Shown here piece after piece: positions 1 to 8,821 of a stretch of 64,000 nt of DNA. How positions within the stretch are numbered: the stretch's first letter is position 1; each line of letters opens with the position of its first letter. The position numbers were made by a program, and so were the translations under genes. The notes below the pieces were generated by a model. It was given only the letters and a program-made list of their open reading frames with translations. It did no database searches and was not told the origin of the DNA. The stretch is from Squalus acanthias. Taxonomy: Eukaryota. The stretch lies in contig CM059432.1 of NCBI GenBank assembly GCA_030390025.1, positions 6,200,001 through 6,264,000 on the forward strand, written 5' to 3'.

Positions 1-2033
1 GTTCAGGGAGTTTTGGAAAATTACCAAAGCATCCACAATTCCTACTGCCACTTCCCTCAAGACCCTAGGATGTAAGCCATCAGGTCCAGGGGATTTATCC
101 GCCTTGAGTCCCATTATTTTACTGAGTACCAATTCCTTAGTGATTTTAATCGTATTTAGCTCCTCCCCCACTAGAGCCCCTGTTTGTCCAGTGTTGGGAT
201 ATTCTTACCGTAAAGACTGAAACAAAATATTTGTTCAGCATTTTTGCCATCTCCATGTTTCCCACCATTAATTTCCCGGTCTCATCCTCTAAGGGTCCTA
301 CGTTTGCCTTAACCACCCTTTTTCTTTTTATATAACTATAGAAACTCTTGCTATCTGTTTTTATATTTTTTGCTGATTTATTTTCATAGTCTATTTTCCC
401 TTTCTTAATCAATCCTTTAGTTACTTTTTGTTGTCTTTTGAAGACTTCCCAATCTTCTATCCTCCCACTAACTTTGGCTACCTTATATGTCCTTGTTTTT
501 AGTTGGATACTTTCTTTAATTTCTTTACTTAGCCATGGATGGCTGTCATTTCTTTTACACCCTTTTTTCCCTCAGTGGAATATATTTATTTTGAAAGTTG
601 TAAAATAACTCCTTGAATGAACACCACTGCTCATGTACCGTCTTACCCTTTAATCTATTTTCCCAGTCCACTTTAATCAATTCCGCTCTCATACCATCAT
701 AGTCTCCTTTATTCAAGCTCGGTATGCTTGTTTGAGAACCAACCTTCTCACTCTCTAATTGGATATGGAATTCAACCATGTTATGGTCACTCATTCCAAT
801 GGGATCCTTAACTAGGACATTATTAATTAATCCAGACTCATTACACAGTACCAGGTCCAAGGTTGCTTGCCCCCTTGTAGGATCAGTTACATACTGCTCA
901 AGAAATCCATCCCTAAGACACTCAATAAACTCTTCCTCAAGGCTGCCCTGCCCAATTTGATTTGTCCAGTTAATATGATAGTTAAAATCCCCCATAATTA
1001 TAGCTGTTCCCTTATTACATGCCCCAACTATTTCCTGATTAATACTTCTTCCAACAGAGTTGCAACTATTAGGAGGCCTATATACTACGCCCACCAGTGT
1101 TTTTTTCCCCTTATTATTCCTTATCTCTACCCAAACTGTTTCATTATCCTGATCTTTTGACCCAATATCATTTCTCTGTATTACAGTGATTCCTTCCTTT
1201 ATTAACATAGCCACCCCCCCTCCCCTTCCTTCCTGCCTGTCCTTCCTGATTGTTAAATACCCTGGCATATTTAATTCCCAGACGTTGTCACCCTGCAGCC
1301 ATGTTTCTGTAATGGCCACAAGATCATACCCATACATAGTTATTTGTGCCGTTAACTCGTCAATTTTGTTACGAATGCTATGTGCAGATAAAGAACTTTC
1401 AAATGTGTTTTGCGACACTTACTTCCTGCTTTTTCCTTATTTAACACTTTACCTTTTACTCCATACCTTCTGTCCCTTCCTGACATACTTTCCTCTGTCT
1501 CCCTGCTCAGGTTCCCAACCCCCTGCCACATTAGTTTAAATCCTCCCCAACAGCACTAGCAAACACTCCCCCTAGGACAGCGGTCCCGGCCCTGCCCAGG
1601 TGCAGACCGTCCGGTTTGTACTGGTCCCACCTCCCCCAGAACCGGTTCCAATGTCCCAGGAATTTGAATCCCTCCCCCTTGCACCATTCCTCTAGCCACG
1701 TATTCATTTGAAATATCCTCCTATTTCTACTCTGACTAGCACGTGGCACTGGTAGCAATCCTGAGATTACTACCTTTGAGGTCCTATTTTTTAATTTACC
1801 TCCTAACTCCCTATATTCTGCTTTTAGGACCTCATCCCCTTTTTTACCTATATCGTTGGTGCCTATGTGCACCACGACAGCTGGCTGTTCGCCCTACCCC
1901 TCCAAAATGTTCTGTAGCCGCTCCGAGACGTCCTTGACCCTTGCACCAGGGAGGCAACACACCATCCTGGAGTCTCGGTTGCGGCCGCAGAAGCGCCTAT
2001 CTATTCCCCTTACAATTGAGTCCCCTATCATTA
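1..2033 (-). mobile_element. CR1-clade LINE, copy A (5'-truncated inside ORF1; runs off the window's left edge)
   Basis: ORF1 SGNH-esterase C-terminal half (GDS..GTND..DGLH, ends GEDLN* at 1531), then APE endonuclease (555-1418: ITETWL, YRPP, GDFN, SDH) and linker toward RT; frameshifted. Confidence 0.95.
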
Positions 2034-2492
2034 TAGTTTCTACTTGTGGGGGAGTCCAAAACTAGGGGCCATAAGCAATGTTCCTTCGAAAGTGTGCGGA
2101 TCCCGAGATCCCGCGCAAGCCACTCACCAGCTGCTGCCGCTGGAAGAGATACCGTGCATATGCGACAAAAAGGACCCGTGCAGGAATAAAAAATTAGAGG
2201 GAACATTGGCCATAAATATAAGATAGTCACCAATAAATCCAATAGGGAATTTAGGAGAAATTCCTTTACTCAGTAGTGAGAAAGTGGAACTTGCTACCAC
2301 ATGGAGTGGTTGAGGCAAATAGTATAGATGCATTTAAGGGGAAGCTAGATAAGTACATGAGGAAGAAAGGAATAGAAGGATATGCTGATAGGATGAGATG
2401 AAGTAGAATGCTTGTGTGGAGCATAAACATTGGCATAAATCAGTCAGGTTGATTGGCCTGTTTCTGTGCTGTAAATTGTCATATTCTATGTA
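2034..2492 (+). mobile_element. CR1 3'-end fragment, interrupted by a hAT MITE
   Basis: Decayed ORF2 C-terminus (LVGESKTRGH..., FKGKLDKYM) plus 3' UTR ending ttctatgtaa. Confidence 0.8.
2076..2208. mobile_element. 133-bp hAT-type MITE
   Basis: Imperfect TIRs caatgttccttcgaa / ttagagggaacattg; 8-bp TSD gccataag (2068-2075) / gccataaa (2209-2216); removal restores the host CR1. Confidence 0.8.
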
Positions 2493-3338
2493 ATATACCC
2501 TGCACTACAGTATTTTAATATTTAAAATCGGCAAATAAGAAACAAACACTCGTGAACTTAAATACGCAATTTTAACATTTTTTCAGGAGCAACAATGCTC
2601 CACAATTTCTGCAACAAACAAAAGACTACACAACAAGTGCAATTACATGAATTATGCTGGTAGTGATAATAGTATTCCTCTACAATGGTAGGGATGGACA
2701 ATAAATGCTAGCCTTGCCGGCGACACCCACATCCCAGGAACAAATTTTTTTAAATTGCCAGCTGACACATATGGTAGCCCCCGAGTCAGAAGGTTCTGGT
2801 TTCAAGCCCCACTCCAGAACGTCAGTACATAATCTATACTTACACTACTGTCCAGTGCTGAGGGAAGTACTGTATTGCAAGATATGTCATACAAAAAAAT
2901 AGGAAAAGATCATCAAGCCCACCCAATCCAGACATGATGCAGCCTCACGCACCATCAATCTGCTCCCCTTACTCCCACCATCATATAATCTCCCATGGGT
3001 GACAAGAAACCTGAGAAGAAAAACAATGTCCAATTTAGGAAAAACTCTTAAAAATTCCTCTCAGAGTCTCGAAGGCAATCAAGCTCCAGGAGACCATGGT
3101 AACTTATCAGTCTTCCTATTTTAATCTATATCATCTGAACCTTAAACCTACTTTGTTGAGGCACTATTCAAAGAAGAGAAGGGAGCTTCCAGAGTCTTCT
3201 TGGCAACATTCCTTCCGAAAGCAACATCACCAAAAAAAGTCAACTAATCTTCATCGCTATTTGTGGAACCTGGTTGTGCACAAATTGGTTGCTGCACATA
3301 TCTACCCAACAACAATGACCCTACTACAAAAAAATAAC

Positions 3339-3611
3339 GGCCCAAAATTTGCAGTCGGAGGCTTCCCGCGGGCGGATGCCTCCGACCTACAGAAAATCTA
3401 CAAATTTATCTGGTGGTCCGGGAGGTAAGGAGATTCGCGCTCCTGTGCCTCTCCAGGTACCTGCGGGTAGAGGCCCAAGAGAAGTCTTGACAGATCGCAA
3501 GTTCCAGGTTTGTGCGCATGCGCTTCGCATGCCTAAACCCGGAACTTGTGCGGCCCCTACGGGTGCATGTGCACCTAGTATGAACCCATAGGGGGTCGCA
3601 AGTTACAGCCC
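3339..3611. mobile_element. PIF/Harbinger-like MITE inside a decayed DeuSINE
   Basis: Ends ggcccaaaatttgc ... gcaagttacagccc, flanks aac/aat, CpG-rich; shares the cgcatgc...aaac(c)cgg(a/c)actt motif with 25697-26038. Confidence 0.6.
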
Positions 3612-3923
3612 AATCTGTTTAGTTGTGAAGCACTTTGGGACATCCTGCAGATGTGATGAACGAGAGTTATTTCTTTCTCCCTTGTAAATCTTTTAAAACA
3701 CAATTATTTTATTTTAGGTTGGTTTTTTTTGCTACTCGCGCTTTTCATCCCACTGAATGATGGTAGTCATTGGAATCTCACTAGGTAATCTGGGAGGTCA
3801 TTCAGAGTTGGGATAATGTAACCAGTGCATTTTATCCAGTTTCATTTCAAGTCCCTTACTCCTGACGTAGCTGATAGTGGTATTGTAGATCCCTGATGTG
3901 TGCGGACTTCCAGTGAAGAGTTA

Positions 3924-4310
3924 GGGCAGAATTTTCATTGACCCGTGGAGGCGGGTTTGGAGGCGTGCGGGGTGGGGAAATAGCAGATTCGGGGGTCCCG
4001 AACCCATCCCGCCTCCATGCCAGTTTCACAGGAGGCAGGTACCCGACCTGCGCTGGGACCCGCCTCCCCGAGGCGGGAAGGGGATTAGTGCCCATAAACT
4101 GCCTGTTAACAGGTAGTTAACAGGCAGGTTTTTGCCTAATCCCTATTTTTGGCCCTGAAGTGTGGGCTTCCCGACAGGTCCAAACCACGCCGATTTAGCG
4201 AGGCGGCCCGTCGGTCTGGAGGGCTTGGAGGCGTCGAGATATCCGGTGTGCAGGTGAGTGATGGGTGCATGAGTGCAGAGGTTAAGTGTGTTTGGTGTGT
4301 ATAAAGTGTT
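3924..4310. mobile_element. Harbinger-like MITE, one end only
   Basis: Starts tta|gggcagaatttt, CpG-rich subterminal repeats; other end not seen. Confidence 0.45.
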
Positions 4311-4317
4311 TTAAGAA

Positions 4318-4557
4318 CTTGTACTAGTTCTAGATTCTCCCACAAGAGGAAACATCCTCTCCACATCCACCCTGTCCAGACCCCTCAGGATCTTATATCT
4401 TTCAATCAAGTCACCTCTTATTCTTCTAAACTCCAGCAGATACAAGCCTAGCCTGTCCAACCTTTCCTCATAAGACAACCCGCCCATTCCAGGTATTAGT
4501 CTAGTAAACCTTCTCTGAACTGCTTCCAACGCATTTACATCCTTCCTTAAATAAGGC
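4318..4557 (-). mobile_element. CR1 ORF2 C-terminal fragment
   Basis: PYLRKDVNALEAVQRRFTRLIPGM...LEFRRIRGDLIE. Confidence 0.9.
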
Positions 4558-4570
4558 TCTTCTTCAAAAA

Positions 4571-4770
4571 AGTCCACCTGAGAGAGCAGACAGGACCTTG
4601 ATTTAACATCTCATCTGAAAGACGGCACCTTCGACAGTGCAGCACTCCCTCAGTACTGCACTGGAGTATCAGCCTAGATTTTTGTGCTCAAGTCTCTGGA
4701 GTGAGACTTGAACCCACAACCTTCTGACTCAGAGGCAAGATTGCTACCAACTGAGCCACGGCTGACACAG
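4571..4770 (-). mobile_element. DeuSINE (SacSINE1-like) 5' part with tRNA-derived head
   Basis: Minus strand has A box (gtggctcagttgg) and B box (ggttcaagtc); colinear with the full copy at 57561. Confidence 0.85.
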
Positions 4771-5302
4771 CAACTGGAGGCAATTATAATGGGTGTTTAC
4801 AGGAAGGTGGTTTATTTTGGAGAGGGCGAGATTGCACACATCCACAAGTTGTCATTTTTCTTTTGTCCCAGTTTATTTTTGTGTGGTTTTTTTCTTGGTG
4901 CTTTAAGTATTTAGACCTGACGAAACTAGCTAATGGCCATGAAGTGTTTTGTGACATCTTGGGGACATGAATTGCACGATATACATACAAGGTCGTTCTT
5001 TCTTTACCCAAACTATTTAATGTCCTTTGACAAGGTGCTGCAAAGTTTTTCATCTTTATCAGGTTACCGCCCACGTAAAGTGAAATGAAATGAAACACAA
5101 GAGTACCCACGACATCCTATCCTACCCACTGCCCTCCCACCACGGTGCCAGAAATAAGGACTCATCATATTCCACCCAAGTTAATTCACCTGATCTGTAC
5201 TTAGCCATATAATAACTCCCCCCACCCAGTCAGTAAGTCTCTACAGAACTTTAGTCCTGGTCAACAACACCAAACATGAAAAAGCTAAAGGATATTAATA
5301 AT

Positions 5303-5712
5303 CAAGTCCCACTCCAGAGACTTGAACACAAAAATCTAGGTCGACATTCCATTGCAGTACTGAGGGAGTGCTGCACTGTCAGAGGTGCCGTCTTTCGGAT
5401 GAGACGTTAAACTGAGGCCCCCGTCTGCTCTCTCAGGTGGACGTAAAAGATCCCATGGCACTATTTCGAAGACGAGCAGGGGAGTTATCCCCAGTGTCCT
5501 GGGCAATAATTATCCCTCGTTCAACATCATTAAAACAAACTATCTGGTCATTTTCACATTGCTGTTTGTTAGAACTTGCTGTGTGCAAATTGGCTGCTGT
5601 GTTCCCTACATGGCAACAGTGACTGCACTTCAAAAAGTACTTAATTGGCTGTAAAGTGCTCTGGGGCGTCTGGAGGTTGTGAAAAACACTAAATAAATGC
5701 AAGTCTTTCTTT
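5303..5712 (+). mobile_element. DeuSINE (SacSINE1/AmnSINE1-like), 5'-clipped
   Basis: Body ...cttgctgtgtgcaaattggctgc..., tail aaatgcaagtctttctt. Confidence 0.9.
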
Positions 5713-5806
5713 CATTGCCCTTCCACCAAGGTGCCAGAAACCAGGAACTGTCATATTGCACCCAAGTTAATTGACTTCATCTATACTTAATATCAAGATA
5801 ACTCCC

Positions 5807-6362
5807 CTCTCTTCTCTCTTAGGCAGTCCCTAGGAACCGAGGATGACTTGCTTCCACATTAAAAGTGAGTTTGCAGGTGACTGATGAGTCCAATGTGGGA
5901 CCTACAGTCTCTGTCACAGGTGGCGCAGACAGTGGTTGAAGGGGCAGGTGGGTGGGGTGCTTGGGTTGACGTGCGCTCCTTGCGCTGCCTGCACTTGGCT
6001 TCCGCTTGCTCCCGGCGAAGAGACTCGAGGTGTACGGCGCCTTCCGGATGCTTCTCCTCCACTTTGTGTGGTCTTGGGCCAGGGATTCCCAGGTGTCGGT
6101 GGGGCTGTTGCACTTTTTCCAAGGAGGCTTGGAGGGTGTCCTTGAAGTGTTTCCTCTGCCCACCTGGGGCTCTCTTGCCGTGCTGGAGCTCCGAGTAGAG
6201 CGCTTGTTTTGGGAGTCTCGTATCGGGCATGCGGACAATGTGACCCGTCCATCGGAGCTGATCGAGCGTGGTCAAAGCTTCGATGCTGGGGATGTTGGCC
6301 TGAGCAAGAACACTGACTTTGGTGCGCCTATCCTGCCAATGGATTTGCAGGATCTTGCAGAG
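5807..6362 (-). mobile_element. RTE-clade LINE 3' fragment
   Basis: QLRWTGHIVRMPDTRLPKQALYSEL..GKR..GGQRK, C-terminal CxxC..HxxxH; purine-repeat tail; TSD actccc (5801-5806 / 6363-6368). Confidence 0.9.
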
Positions 6363-6524
6363 ACTCCCATCACCCAGTCAGTAAATCTCTACATAACTTT
6401 AGTCCTGGTCAACACCACCAATGATGAAAAAAAGCTAAAGAATAATAATGATGATCACTTCTATTTGGGTCACAACAAGTATTATTTACTGGAACTTTAC
6501 AGCGCATTGCCTGGTTTCATCAAG

Positions 6525-6922
6525 AAAAAAGTCTTGTATTTATATAGCGCCTTTCACGACCACCGGACGTCCCAAAGCGTTTTACAGCCAATGAAGTACT
6601 CTGGAAGTGTAGTCACTGTTGTAATGTAGGAAATGTAGCAACCAATTTGCACACAGCAAGATCCCACAAACAGCAATGTGATAATGATCAGATAATCTAT
6701 TTGAGTGATGTTGATTGAGGGATAAATATTGGCCAGGACAACGGAGAGAACTCCCCTGCTCTTATTCAAAATAGCGGCCCTGGGATCTTTTACGTCCACC
6801 TGAGGGGGCAGACGGGACCTCGGTTTAACGTCTCATCCGAAAGACGGCACCTCCGACAGTGCAGCACTCCCTCAGCCCTGCACAGGGAGTGTCAGCCTAG
6901 ATTTGTGTACTCCAGTCTCTGG
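6525..6922 (-). mobile_element. DeuSINE
   Basis: Reverse complement of the SINE body and tail. Confidence 0.9.
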
Positions 6923-7016
6923 ATAATAATGAGCCGCAACACACATTAATTAAAACACTGGAACTTTACTGCCCACGGTTTCAAATACCAAGGAAGAAAA
7001 AAAAACGCACCCACGC

Positions 7017-7125
7017 AAAAAATAAAAACAGAAAATGCTGGAAAACACTCAGCAGGTCAGGCAGCATCTGTGGAGAGAGGAAGAGAGTCAACGTTTCAGC
7101 TCGGCAACCTTTCGTCAGAAAAATA
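7017..7125 (-). mobile_element. Penelope pseudo-LTR fragment with minimal hammerhead motif
   Basis: Minus strand CTGACGA-aaggttgccgagct-GAAACGTT followed by ...cagatgctgcctgacctgctgagt... Confidence 0.75.
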
Positions 7126-7284
7126 AACCAACCGGGACAAAAGAAAAATGACAACGTGTGCGTATGGGTGCAATCTCCAAAATAAACCTTCTTCCTGTAA
7201 ACGCCCATTATGATTGCATGCAGTTGACGTGCATTGCTCCCCGATCCCCTCCTCTCCCTCCAAGCCAGCTGTCAGTCACTCTAC

Positions 7285-7307
7285 CTTTTTGGCGCCGGCG
7301 GCTCCAT
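7285..7307 (-). CDS. Putative first coding exon of an unidentified host gene (MEPPAPK..., phase-2 donor)
   Basis: Strong Kozak context acaacaATGG; ATGGAGCCGCCGGCGCCAAAAAG|gtagag; directly downstream of a CpG-island promoter; no later exon recognised in the window. Confidence 0.5.
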
Positions 7308-7580
7308 TGTTGTTGTTGATGACGGTTGGGGAACGGCAGTTGCAACGGCCGACTTTCAAACCCAACCCCCCTCGGTCCGCGCGGCCGCGGAGCCCCCGAG
7401 CTCGCCTGGCGTCAGCTGACGTGCCGTGACGTCGCGTCGCGCGCCGCTCCACCCAGCCGCCGCCTCCAACATCCCATTGGTTGCCACTCTCCCACCCGCG
7501 CCGTTCGATTGGCTGCCAGCAGCCGCCAATCAATTCTTCAAGTCAGGATGAGCCACACTTTTCCCACCCATTGGGAATGA
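7308..7580 (-). promoter_or_regulatory. CpG-island promoter and 5' UTR
   Basis: Non-repetitive, CpG-dense; clustered CRE/ATF-like sites (gcgtca, tgacgtg, tgacgtc at ~7409-7434); four CCAAT/ATTGG boxes (~7476, 7508, 7526, 7570). Confidence 0.75.
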
Positions 7581-7629
7581 ATGGAGTGGAGTGCAGTGGA
7601 GGGGGGAAAAGGTAAGGCTTACATTTGCA

Positions 7630-7946
7630 CAAGCAAAATACCGAGGGATGCTCATGGAAGTTCGAAATAAAAACAGGAAATGCTGGAAACACTCAGCAGG
7701 TCAGGCAGCATCTGCGAAGAAAGATACAGAGTCAACGTCTCAGGTCGGCGACCCTTCGTCAGGTGGACATTATTTGTGCCGGTCCTACTCTGGTCCCCTC
7801 CTTCACTTTTTCCGGTACATTGATGACTGTATCGGTGCCGTTTCCTGCTCTCGCCCTGAACTAGAATATTTCATTCACTTTGCTTCCAATTTCCACCCTT
7901 CCCTCACCTTCACATGGTCCATCTCCGACTCTTCCCTTCCCTTCCT
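7630..7946. mobile_element. Penelope-like element fragment: inverted pseudo-LTR (minus) joined to RT fragment (plus)
   Basis: 7630-7763 pLTR with CTGACGA..GAGACGTT; 7768-7946 FFRYIDDCIGAVSCSRPELEYFIHFASNFHPSLTFTWSISDSSLPFL (PLE RT YIDD region). Confidence 0.85.
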
Positions 7947-8187
7947 CAACTTGCATTTACATATCGCCTTTCACGACCTCATGACGTCCCAAAGCGCTTC
8001 ACAGCCAATGAAGTAATTTTTTGAAGTGTAGTCGCTGTGGTAATGTAGGAAATGGCAATTTGCGCACAGCAAGCTCCCACAAACAGCAACGTGATAATGA
8101 CCGGATCATCTGTTTTTTTAGTGATGCTGATTGAAGGATAAAAATTGGCCAGGGCAACGGGGATAACTCCCCCACCCTTCTTTGAAA
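7947..8187 (-). mobile_element. DeuSINE 3' half
   Basis: Matches SINE tail and body. Confidence 0.85.
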
Positions 8188-8552
8188 TCATAGAATCATA
8201 GAATGGTTACAGCACAGAAGGAGGCCGTTTGGCCTGTCGAGCCCATGTTGACTCGCTGCAAGAGCACTGCAAAAAAAAATTCTTTCAGGCACTTATCCAA
8301 TTCCCTTTTGAAAGCCACAATTGAATCTGCCTCCATCACCCTCTCAGGCAGTGCATTCCAGATCCTAACCACTCGCTGTGTAAAAAAGATTTTCCTCATG
8401 TCGCCTTTGGATATTCTGCCAATCACCTTAAATCTGTGTTCTCCGGTTCGCAAACCTTCTGCCAATGGGAACAGTTTCTCTCTATCTACTCTGTCCAGGC
8501 CCCTCAGGATTTTGAACACCTCTATCAAATCTCCTCTCAATCTTCTCTGCAC
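8188..8552 (-). mobile_element. CR1 3' fragment
   Basis: RRLRGDLIEVFKILRGLDRVDREKLFPL; (attctatg)n tail. Confidence 0.9.
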
Positions 8553-8821
8553 TACACCATTGGGATGTTTGGCTCGGAGCAGGATGGATTTGGGGATTTT
8601 TTTATTTTTATTTATTCGTTCCTGGGACATAAGAACATAAGAAATAAGAGCAGGAGTCGGCCAATCGGCCCTTCGAGCCTGCTCCGCCATTCAATAAGAT
8701 CATGGCTGATCTGATCCTCACCTCAAATCTAAAGAACACAAGAAGTAGGAGCAGGACCTGGCCAGTCAGCCCCTGGGCCCGCTATGCCACCCACAGGGCC
8801 TCGACCGATCCGAACTCAGCC

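Noticed and set aside
3096..3260. Possible second exon of the minus-strand gene
   Set aside because: Sequence aligns to a decayed DeuSINE body
5433..5702. Recurrent short ORFs (MDVKDPMALFRRRAGE..., ...HCCNVGNxAANLHTASSHKQQC...)
   Set aside because: Chance frames of DeuSINE copies with inconsistent stops
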